A stretch of 64,000 nucleotides of DNA. Origin: an uncultured bacterium (GTDB lineage Bacteria; Muiribacteriota; CAYSPT01). Location of the stretch: positions 22,708 through 86,707 of the forward strand of contig CAZQHK010000001.1 of assembly GCA_964593455.1 (NCBI GenBank), in the 5' to 3' direction. The notes under the pieces are model-generated. The model was not told where the DNA came from, searched no databases, and saw only the letters and a program-made list of their open reading frames with translations. Shown here piece after piece: positions 28,253 through 36,730 of this stretch. Numbering within the stretch: the first letter of the stretch is position 1; each line of letters starts with the position of its first letter. The translations under genes and the position numbers were made by a program.

Positions 28253-29911
28253 CTACAGTTCCCGCCAGAGAACGAGCTGTTTGCCAATACTGCCGTAAAC
28301 CTTGTTCGCAATCCTGTTTCTGATTCTTGAATCGTAGTTGATATGAACGGTTTTGGGCATACTGCTCGCCCGGTCTTGCGTATGCCGGTTAAGGTTTCTT
28401 ACCAGCAGGTTTCCGTTAATCTCCACAGCCTCTCCTCCGATGATACTATCTCTGGCGCTTAAGGCGGCGTCGATTTTAAAGCGGGCATTGGGAGGCATTA
28501 TTATCTTTCCGTTGGGAACCACGATGGCTATGAGAGTTTGTTTATCGTCTGCCTTTAGGCTATCCAGTATACGAACACTACCGTTTGGAACATACAGTAT
28601 TCCCCGTCCGCTGATCGGTCCGCCCAGGGTAAGGTTTCCGGGAATGTACGTCACCCCTTCGATTTCTAAGGGTTTTGAGAGCAGACCCATCAGCTTGTGA
28701 TGACCGTCGGGAAAAATGAAATGAGCATAGCTGCGGGCATTGCGCAACAATCGTTCCAAACCGGGAGGATTGAATTCCTGGGGATGCAGAGTCGGGTAAC
28801 GGGGGTCGGTGGAGAAAAGCGTGTAGGTTTTTGAAACCGGTTGACGGCGTTTTGATTCGATGGCGAAGGGCGGCAGCTCGAAATAATATTTCCGGATATT
28901 CCCTTCATAACGGGTGTACTTGCCCATGAACCGGTCGTGGAGACGGTTGTTGCAGAGCATGTAGCCAATTTCGGGGAGCTCTCCAATGGAGGCGTCGACA
29001 AAGTAATGAATGATATCATCGACTTCGAAGAAAGGCAGGTAGACGTCGAGCCGGCCGTTGGTGCGCACCTTCCCCCAGGGATTAAGCGTCATGATGATTT
29101 TGTTGATCTCTGTTTGGAGGGCGAAACTATCTGTGGACAGAACGAATTCTTTCACTTTGTCCAGCATCTCTTTTGGTTCCATCTCATCGGGATTGAACCG
29201 GATAGTCTTCCATTCAGCCCAGTTCTTGATGAGCGGTTCCAGTACTTTCCCCACTGTTTCATCAAAGTCCCAGTTATTGAGAATGAACTCGCCTTCTTTG
29301 ATCTCATCATGTTTCTTTTCGGATATAAACAGGGTGTACTCCGAGGCGGGCGGGGTAAGATCAGTCAGGCGAACGTCCTGGATTATTTCGATGGTTTTCG
29401 TAGTCTTGCCGACTTTGCCGGTTGAGCGAATCCGGAGGTTTGCCTCCCATCCGCCAAGCGGCTTGTTTTCTAACATATCCCATGAAGTCTGACGGTAAAT
29501 ATTGAGTCGCGAAGGAGCTTTCTCCTTCTTGCCGATAAAGCAGTTGAAGGCCGTTCCCTTGATATTGATAATCTCCAGCCCTACTTTAAAGGAGCCTTTT
29601 TTCGGTATCAACTCTTCCTCGATGACCTTGTTATAGTTGGAGGCCATATCAAAGTCCAATAACTGGAGTTTTTCCTGGTTGGTTTCTCCATCCACTACCA
29701 GGGGCCTGGCCAAATCATTTTTAAAGGTCCATATAGCTTTTTCGATACCGGCTTCCGCCAGATAGAATGCAAGAATATCTTCTGAGGTCATGGAGGTCTG
29801 ATAACGGACCTGGGAAGAATACCAGACAAAAGACATACCGATAACGAAAAGCGCGATAGTACCCGCCAAGACCATAAGGAGAATTGTGCCGCGTTGTCGA
29901 ATGGACCTCAT
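28253..29911 (-). CDS. PilX_N-like (type IV pilus / pseudopilin-associated) large protein
   Basis: From the ATG at 29911 (an alternative TTG is at 29971) the N-terminus reads MRSIRQRGTILLMVLAGTIALFVIGMSF...AFYLAEAGIEKAIW. That matches the PilX N-terminal pattern (QRG + TM + AF.AAEAGLE). The rest is a ~500-aa beta-rich body. Confidence 0.5.
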   Translation of the reverse strand: MRSIRQRGTILLMVLAGTIALFVIGMSFVWYSSQVRYQTSMTSEDILAFYLAEAGIEKAIWTFKNDLARPLVVDGETNQEKLQLLDFDMASNYNKVIEEELIPKKGSFKVGLEIINIKGTAFNCFIGKKEKAPSRLNIYRQTSWDMLENKPLGGWEANLRIRSTGKVGKTTKTIEIIQDVRLTDLTPPASEYTLFISEKKHDEIKEGEFILNNWDFDETVGKVLEPLIKNWAEWKTIRFNPDEMEPKEMLDKVKEFVLSTDSFALQTEINKIIMTLNPWGKVRTNGRLDVYLPFFEVDDIIHYFVDASIGELPEIGYMLCNNRLHDRFMGKYTRYEGNIRKYYFELPPFAIESKRRQPVSKTYTLFSTDPRYPTLHPQEFNPPGLERLLRNARSYAHFIFPDGHHKLMGLLSKPLEIEGVTYIPGNLTLGGPISGRGILYVPNGSVRILDSLKADDKQTLIAIVVPNGKIIMPPNARFKIDAALSARDSIIGGEAVEINGNLLVRNLNRHTQDRASSMPKTVHINYDSRIRNRIANKVYGSIGKQLVLWREL

Positions 29912-30129
29912 ACCAGCCTTAATCGTATCACAGCAATCATAGATCGTCAATGTGTTAGCCTTGTCTTTCAACAGAGCCGGAAAATAATCGGATCGGGATT
30001 GAAAAACGGTTTTTGCAGAAAAATATCTTTTTTCTCGTCTTTTTTTCGTTTGATATTGAGAAAAGTAATGTATACTTGTAGTGTAGTTTACTGGGAAGTT
30101 TTTTAACTCTGTACGAAGGGGTATTTTGA

Positions 30130-30360
30130 ATGATCGGATTAACAGATGTAAGCGGTGGCGTGACTTCCGGGTATACCGCCACTCCCGCTGTAACCGCTGG
30201 TGACGTAACTACGACGGCCACCACCCAAACCCAAACACAAACGCTGCACATGAATCCCCAGGGCGCCTCTGAACCCATGGGTGACGTTAGAATGACTCCC
30301 CCGGCACTTCGGCAGGGCAATCCTTACGGAGTCGGCGTCAACATAGACTACATGGCCTAG
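30130..30360 (+). CDS. small Thr/Gln-rich protein (76 aa), unknown
   Basis: GAAGGGG sits 6 nt before the ATG. Upstream are TTGATA (30050-55) and TATACT (30071-76), a sigma70-like pair with a 15-nt spacer. The sequence is TSGYTATPAVTAGDVTTTATTQTQTQT. Confidence 0.4.
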   Translation: MIGLTDVSGGVTSGYTATPAVTAGDVTTTATTQTQTQTLHMNPQGASEPMGDVRMTPPALRQGNPYGVGVNIDYMA

Positions 30361-30597
30361 GAGCCAGAGATAGCCTCACGGCCTCCTCGACCTACTATTC
30401 TCATTGTCATTAATCTCAATCTCTTTAAGCTCCAACTTGAACTTTCCTTTCTATTTTCGGCGAAGATCCTAACCTCTTTGGTCTCGGAAGAATACACCTG
30501 GTTTGGCCGATATCTCTCGTAAGGAACGTAGGCTCCCGAGCCGGCCAGGGATGGCCGGTCCGGGAGAGAGTTATCGGACATCCAATAGAATATCGAG

Positions 30598-32910
30598 TTA
30601 GCAGTAAAGGGAGATTCCTGGTTTTTCTTGCAGCATGGCGCACCAGGGCAGGGTGTCTTCGTCGAGAAGCACGCTGGCACTGGTGGGTTTAAGAGCAGAA
30701 ATTGTGCTGATGAAAGCACGGGATTTTCCGGTCAAGGCCAGATAAGTCTTTTTTATCATCTCAGGCTTCTGATATTCTCCGTTGCGGCGTTGTCGAAAGG
30801 TTCTTCGGGACAATGCTTCTTGTCTCCTGAGCATCCCGGATAACGTCATCTCCGCTCTGGCCAGCTGCGCCCGAAGTTTTGTTTCTTTTTGAAGCAGCCA
30901 GGTGGACAGGCTTTTCATGACCAGTTCGGATTTCCTTATACTTGACGACGTTTCCAGGTCTATCGTATCCAGGTTGACTCCGGTCAGAGTAATGTCTATG
31001 GGCAGTTCGGCTTCTTTCCCTATTTTGTTGCGGGTTCCACAGTAGACGGCCGCGGCCGCTTTTCCAAACTCGTAAGAAACCGATATTTCGTCTCCCGGTT
31101 GTGGAGCCTGACTCCCTTTTAGCTCAACGGTGTTGTTGATGATGGAATACCCGTTAAATTTGTGTTTCGGGATCTGATTGTCATTGACCGTAACAGTCAG
31201 TATTGCCGGGTTGATAAGCGGTTTATCCAGAGGGACTACCAGGGTTCCCCGGAGAGTCAACGGCAGCTCTGGTTTATGGCGGTGGGTGGGACGATCTCTC
31301 CATCTATAGGTGACCGTTATGATTCCTGGCGCCGGCTGACGGTCGGTAAGAATGACGGTAGAGCCTTTAACTATCCAGCCTGATTTCAAACTACTGAAAA
31401 AAGTCTTCTCAGTATCGTCAGGAACCATGGTCACGGTTACCGAACCCGGTATCGGCTTGTGTTGAAGATCGAGACGGTGTACGGGTTCCTGCACGCGATA
31501 ATCAACCGTGATGACATCGTGACTTTCCAGCAACAGTTCTTCCTGGAGGATTACTGTTTTCCCGGTGTGTTGTACAGTGATTTTTTTGTTTTCACATCTT
31601 CTGGATTTAAGGTGGGCCGTAACGCTGCCCGGTAGCGGTTTCCTGGTTAGTTCAAGCGTGCGTATAAGGGGATCCATCGATTCTCTTATGATAACCAGGT
31701 CTCCGTGCCGGGGTTGTGCTTCTCTATTGAAAAAGAGCCGTTGGTCAACCAGGCTGAATTGATTATTGTTCAGAGGAATTCCGTTGATCTCGACGTCAAT
31801 GCAGCTGGACGAGGGATCAATTCGTACATCAAGAAATCTGACCTGTATTCCTGTATTGAAAGTGACCTGGACGTCATCCCCTTCTTTTGGAACGTAGGCC
31901 CCATGAAGTATGATAGTGTCCTCCTCCAGGGAATATCCGTTTTCCGAGTCACACGGAACAGGATGGTTTTTAATGGTGACAGCGGTAATCGGATTGGACG
32001 GTATTGTCGGCTGAGTCAAGTGGAACCGGTTGAGGGAGGTATCTGTCCAAAACTCGATATTCATCTGTTTACCCTCAGGGTAGTCGGTTAATCCATGCAG
32101 TTGCAGTGTGTGCCCCTCGATACTATATCCAGAGACCGCCGGTGTCTCCGGCTTCGCACGTGGAACTATTCTCCTGTTAACGACGACAATTTCAGTGCCT
32201 AGTTTTGGTGGTCTTTTCAGACTAAAAACGGTGTTGCCGTCGGTAAGCGTGAATGTTTCCCGGGTTTCTTCAAGTCCTCCTGCGGTGAAAAAATTCCTTA
32301 CCGTTCTAACCGAGTCAACTTTGATAACTTCCAGTACCGGTCCAATTCGATCAGGCCCGAACCGTTCCTCCAGAATAAAGGTCTGCATCGTGTTGAATTG
32401 TTCACTGCTGCGATTTATTATTTCATAAGGATGAGCAGGAGTAGCGTCCCTATCTCTCACCAGCACCTCCTGCACTCGTTTCTGCGGTGCATACGCCTGC
32501 GACAGCAGGTCTCCCCGGACACTGTGTGCGAGCTGATCAAGACTGTCCAGGAGCATACGAATGGATTCCCTGGTGTTATCGGCTGAAGGACCGGCTGTCT
32601 CGTCTGTAGTAATGTTTTTAATATCATCGATTATGTGCTGAAGAATCTCCCGGTACTGTTCAATCCCTCGCGATGTCCTCTGGAGAAGCGTAATACTTTT
32701 CTGTACATCTTCCGTTTCACCCCGGACCCTGACGATTTCCTGTACTCTGTCGGTGGGGGTCTGCAGAAAAATTGATTGTTTGGAAGGTCTTCCCTGATCT
32801 TTATAATCTTGAAGTTTTCCTTTAAGCCAGGTGCTTTTCCCCGGACCTGATTTGGCTTTTCCCCGGGTCTTTTGCTTAATGTAATAGTAGAGATCTTCGG
32901 TATTCATCAT
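30598..32910 (-). CDS. 770-aa repeat protein (6 x ~45-aa beta-type modules), no signal peptide
   Basis: Lys-rich N-terminus with no hydrophobic segment. Repeats VSGYSIEGHTLQLHGLTDYPEGKQMNIEF, ENGYSLEEDTIILHGAYVPKEGDDVQVTF, NNQFSLVDQRLFFNREAQPRHGDLVIIRE, FNGYSIINNTVELKGSQAPQPGDEISVSY and others. Arg-rich coiled-coil C-terminus. Confidence 0.6.
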   Translation of the reverse strand: MMNTEDLYYYIKQKTRGKAKSGPGKSTWLKGKLQDYKDQGRPSKQSIFLQTPTDRVQEIVRVRGETEDVQKSITLLQRTSRGIEQYREILQHIIDDIKNITTDETAGPSADNTRESIRMLLDSLDQLAHSVRGDLLSQAYAPQKRVQEVLVRDRDATPAHPYEIINRSSEQFNTMQTFILEERFGPDRIGPVLEVIKVDSVRTVRNFFTAGGLEETRETFTLTDGNTVFSLKRPPKLGTEIVVVNRRIVPRAKPETPAVSGYSIEGHTLQLHGLTDYPEGKQMNIEFWTDTSLNRFHLTQPTIPSNPITAVTIKNHPVPCDSENGYSLEEDTIILHGAYVPKEGDDVQVTFNTGIQVRFLDVRIDPSSSCIDVEINGIPLNNNQFSLVDQRLFFNREAQPRHGDLVIIRESMDPLIRTLELTRKPLPGSVTAHLKSRRCENKKITVQHTGKTVILQEELLLESHDVITVDYRVQEPVHRLDLQHKPIPGSVTVTMVPDDTEKTFFSSLKSGWIVKGSTVILTDRQPAPGIITVTYRWRDRPTHRHKPELPLTLRGTLVVPLDKPLINPAILTVTVNDNQIPKHKFNGYSIINNTVELKGSQAPQPGDEISVSYEFGKAAAAVYCGTRNKIGKEAELPIDITLTGVNLDTIDLETSSSIRKSELVMKSLSTWLLQKETKLRAQLARAEMTLSGMLRRQEALSRRTFRQRRNGEYQKPEMIKKTYLALTGKSRAFISTISALKPTSASVLLDEDTLPWCAMLQEKPGISLYC

Positions 32911-32988
32911 AGTTATTATCGGAAAATATAATGGTGACCCGAAGTCTTGGCGGATAGGGAAAGAATAGTTGGAGTAATGTTATTGTGA

Positions 32989-34833
32989 TTACCGTGTGAT
33001 ATCCGAGATGGTGTTTCCGATTAACCTGGCCAACGCTTCAAGCAGGTCTGGCTGCAAATGAACAAAATTGAGTCCGTGTTCAAAGGTTGGCCCTTGGCCG
33101 GAAAGCGATTTCCCGCGCCAGGCCACCTTGGCCAGGAGTTTCTTGCCCCGCAGCTCAGGATGGTCTGAAAAAAGCAGGATGGCAATATCGTTCACGGGTA
33201 TGTTTTCCCGGGTAGAGAGAAGAATACCGCCCACGCTGATGTTTTTACATAGTCCCTGCAGGCCTTTACGGACCTTGGTAGAATCCAGAACATGGAAGAA
33301 AAGTAGTGGGAGATCGGTGGCAACGCGAACGTGCCGCCGTTGGGCAATGACTCTCCCCATTCGCGGTTTTGACAGGGTAACGCATGGTTCAGGGAAAAAG
33401 ACTTGTTCCACTATGTGGGCTTTGAAGGCGACGATCAGGTTACGGACCGGGATAATTATTTTCACATCGGGACTCAATGTTTCTTTGAACACATCTTCAC
33501 CTTGGCGTGAGGCCCATTCCAGAACGAAGTATTGACCGTCGAAGGAAAGCACTTTGGTAAACCTGGTTTCGACATTTAACCCGGCCTTCACCTCCAGTTC
33601 GATGGTGGTTCCGGGTTTCAGCATGCCGGAGGAAAAGCGAATCGGTTTATCGAGATCAGTAAGGGAAAATGACATCACGGCTTCTTTGAGAGATGAGTAA
33701 TTTTCGACGTTGCCTAGCAGATCATTTAGCTTGCTCTTGGCGATGCCGGAATTCAGGGCGATAACCTTGAGTACCCCGCCAAACGTATTGAGTTTTTCAG
33801 CCAGATCTCGAATTTTCGTATAAGCCTCGCGGTCTATTTTACGCACTTGTTCACAAAAAAGAAGAATCTTGTAATGTCCTTTGCTCAAAAGATGTTCCAT
33901 GATGGTGGTAAGTTTGTGCAACGTGTATACATCAAGGATTCCGGCCAGGGCGACGATAGCTATGTCGCCTGTCTTCTTGATCTGGAATTCAAGTTGACAG
34001 GTGTCGGAAACCTTTACCGGCTGTATCGTCTGGGTTATCTTGTACTGGGCTCTGATTCTCCTGGCTATTTCCAATTCTCCGGTATATTCAAAAATACTGA
34101 GGACGTTCCGACACAACTCGACATCCTCCTCTGAGAGATGGTTTCCAAGCACCGTAAGTAGGTCTTTCTGGGAGAAACTGGTCAGGATCGATAAAATTTT
34201 ATTTAAAACGATCTCCTGGCTTCCGGACATGGCATAGAGCAGGGGAAGAATAGTACTTTTTGCTTTGAAGGAACCAACCAGGTCGAGAATATCGAGGGCC
34301 AGAGAGTCATCCGACATCTTGAGGGGGGCAAAAACGTATTTGAGGCATTCGGGTGAGTTCAAGCTCCGGAGAGAATCAACGGCTGTTTTCTTGACATTGC
34401 TGTCAAGGTGATAAAGGTAGGAAGCGATGGGTTCTGTGGTGTTTGGAGCTTTGAGAAAACCCAGGATGGTAATCCCCGCGATCAGTGACTCGATTTTTCT
34501 CAGTTCCGTGGACCAGTGTTCCATCTTATCCAGCAGGATTGAGGCGGCGTTCAGTTGGGTGGCCAACTGAACGAGTTCTTCTCGCAGTGGCACAGAACTT
34601 TGTTTTAGAATGATGCTGAGACCCTGGTAGACCAGTGCCTGGTCGATATTGAGCAGCACCTTCAAAACTTGTTCTTTAAGAGAAAATTCAGGTTGCCGCA
34701 AGGTTTTTAGCAGGAGATCGATGGATCGGGGTGTTCCGTCCAGACCGAGCTTATCGACCACTTGCTCCAGGGATTCAGAGTTGTTTCTCCCGGTGAGCAC
34801 TTCCTCGCATCGTTCGAATTGGGACTTATCCAT
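32989..34833 (-). CDS. HEAT-like / STAS / PilZ multidomain protein (putative c-di-GMP receptor in a partner-switch-like scaffold)
   Basis: The N-terminal ~270 aa are helical-repeat. The middle carries a STAS-like region (GDIAIVALAGILDVYTLHKLTTIMEHLL...VIALNSGI). The C-terminal PilZ motifs are RRHVRVATD ... NISVGGILL. Confidence 0.6.
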   Translation of the reverse strand: MDKSQFERCEEVLTGRNNSESLEQVVDKLGLDGTPRSIDLLLKTLRQPEFSLKEQVLKVLLNIDQALVYQGLSIILKQSSVPLREELVQLATQLNAASILLDKMEHWSTELRKIESLIAGITILGFLKAPNTTEPIASYLYHLDSNVKKTAVDSLRSLNSPECLKYVFAPLKMSDDSLALDILDLVGSFKAKSTILPLLYAMSGSQEIVLNKILSILTSFSQKDLLTVLGNHLSEEDVELCRNVLSIFEYTGELEIARRIRAQYKITQTIQPVKVSDTCQLEFQIKKTGDIAIVALAGILDVYTLHKLTTIMEHLLSKGHYKILLFCEQVRKIDREAYTKIRDLAEKLNTFGGVLKVIALNSGIAKSKLNDLLGNVENYSSLKEAVMSFSLTDLDKPIRFSSGMLKPGTTIELEVKAGLNVETRFTKVLSFDGQYFVLEWASRQGEDVFKETLSPDVKIIIPVRNLIVAFKAHIVEQVFFPEPCVTLSKPRMGRVIAQRRHVRVATDLPLLFFHVLDSTKVRKGLQGLCKNISVGGILLSTRENIPVNDIAILLFSDHPELRGKKLLAKVAWRGKSLSGQGPTFEHGLNFVHLQPDLLEALARLIGNTISDITR

Positions 34834-35021
34834 ACAAAAATATTCCTAGCTCTATGCATAAGAGTATACAAATAGTGTTATAAAATTGTAAATTTCTTTA
34901 TTTGTTTAGTAGTGAAAAAGTCTCAGAGGATTCGAGGCGATGTTCCCCAGGGTCCCTTGAAAAAATAGGCACAAAAACGATATCGAGGGCCTGATTGTAA
35001 GGCTTAAAATGTCCGGAAAAT

Positions 35022-36569
35022 TTACCGGGATAAACCGGAGATTTCGAGTAAATCCCCGATCAATTGTTCTGAATCATCCCGGCCTAACCCCAGCGTTTTG
35101 ATCGCTCCGATAATTTCATTGATTGCCGGAATGTATACCGGTTGCAAGTTTGCCGGCAGTTCTTTAAGAATTTCGGTAAAGCTCTTAGCCTTGTCCAGGT
35201 TACGGTCGCCGAGTATCTCTTCCACCAGCTTGTTGCGGTGTATATTGCGGAGCTTAATCATCCTCATATACTCCTGTTTTTCCTCGCGGGTAAGTTCTCT
35301 GCTGGCCGTGGCGGAAGGTTTCAGAATAGAGTTCAGGTAACTTTGAACTTCGGCGATGTGCCGGGTCCGTTCTTCCACCAGGTCGCCGGCCCGCTCGATC
35401 TGGTACAGGCAGGCGTTGACATTGCCTTCGCAGATCCCGGGTACCTGGCTGTCGGGGGGAACGAAAGTCCAGGCCAGCTCGATCAGCATGGAAAAGACCC
35501 CGGCATCGCCGTAAAGCCAGTCCTCGGAATCTCCCGCCGCCGGGTAGAGATCGGCGCTGTTTATGGCCTCATACCCGTTGAGCTTCGCCATTTCCCCGGC
35601 CATTTCCTTGAAAACGGGCTCGTGGGGATTGGGAACGTCGTAGGCGTACCCGAAGGGATAAAGCACCAGCTCCGAGTAACTGTGAAACGAGGTGGAAGTG
35701 GTGAAGTTCTCCCGCAGGGCAAGATCGCGGATGGCACAACTTTCCGGTTCGGAAAAGGAGTTGGGGCCATGATAAACATCGGATCCCGTGTAGTCGCTGG
35801 CGCCCGTGTTTCCCCAGGCGTATGAGTAGTTGCGGTTGAGGTCAACGCCAATCTTGCTGCCCCACCTGCGTAACGCTGCCGGGGCCGGCCGGCGGTTCTT
35901 GCGCCACATTTTGTATGACTCGTGGGAATGATTTACCCCGTCCGGGTTGACCAGCGGAACGATCCAGATTTCCCGCTCGTCGACAAGATTGGTAATAATC
36001 TCATCAGATCCGTAACCGGTAAGTAAACGCTCGATCAGGGCCAGGGGGACTTCATAGGAAATCCACTCCCGGGCGTGATGGGCGCCCATTACGAGACAGG
36101 CGGGTTCCTCTTCGTCCTCTTCGGGGTTGTCCGAAATCTTGAGAGCCCATATATCGCGGTCTTCCCATGAGGTTCCGATCGATTCCAGTTTGGTGATTTC
36201 CGGGTGGCTGGCCTGGTAGCTTTGAAGAAGTTCTTCAACCTGGACCACGCTGCGGTATACTCCGAGATTACCTTTCTCGCGATACTCCTTCAATTGGTCG
36301 TCAATATTTTCCTCGAGTATCTCGAGTTGACAGCCGCGGCTTTTCAAGGCTTCGACCTCTTCAGGCAAGATGATGATATCGGCATAGTTGGGGCCGACCT
36401 GGTAACCGCAGGCAGTCAGCGAACCCATAGCAAGCAAGGAGCCAATATTCACATCCCGGTTGAAGTGCACGCGTACCTGTGAACGTATCTGCTGTTCGTC
36501 CGCTATGGCCGGCAGGGCAAGGGTGAAGGTGAAAATTGCGAGTAGAGCGATAGTTAACAAACGTTTCAT
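35022..36569 (-). CDS. secreted M14-family zinc carboxypeptidase
   Basis: Signal peptide MKRLLTIALLAIFTFTLALPAIA. Zn-binding motif GAHHAREWIS. Downstream VPLVNPDGV. Confidence 0.8.
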   Translation of the reverse strand: MKRLLTIALLAIFTFTLALPAIADEQQIRSQVRVHFNRDVNIGSLLAMGSLTACGYQVGPNYADIIILPEEVEALKSRGCQLEILEENIDDQLKEYREKGNLGVYRSVVQVEELLQSYQASHPEITKLESIGTSWEDRDIWALKISDNPEEDEEEPACLVMGAHHAREWISYEVPLALIERLLTGYGSDEIITNLVDEREIWIVPLVNPDGVNHSHESYKMWRKNRRPAPAALRRWGSKIGVDLNRNYSYAWGNTGASDYTGSDVYHGPNSFSEPESCAIRDLALRENFTTSTSFHSYSELVLYPFGYAYDVPNPHEPVFKEMAGEMAKLNGYEAINSADLYPAAGDSEDWLYGDAGVFSMLIELAWTFVPPDSQVPGICEGNVNACLYQIERAGDLVEERTRHIAEVQSYLNSILKPSATASRELTREEKQEYMRMIKLRNIHRNKLVEEILGDRNLDKAKSFTEILKELPANLQPVYIPAINEIIGAIKTLGLGRDDSEQLIGDLLEISGLSR

Positions 36570-36730
36570 AGAAAAACCTCCATATTATATATTTGATGGA
36601 AAATGAGCGTCGATGAAGTACTATACGCACCAAATACCATAATAAACGCCACCGCCGGGCGATGCCGCAAAGCATTCAATTGTACCGGTGAAAATGAGAA
36701 GTGTCAAGAAATTAAACGTTTACTCAAGGC

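Noticed and set aside
30357-30719. 120-aa minus-strand ORF overlapping the 3' end of the 770-aa gene, and GGCCGG hairpin at 30543-30562
   Set aside because: The ORF overlaps a better gene out of frame. The hairpin lacks a U-run on either strand, so I did not call it a terminator.
35098-35851. Plus-strand ORFs inside the M14 carboxypeptidase gene
   Set aside because: They are antisense shadows. The minus-strand product has the HAREW zinc motif and a signal peptide.
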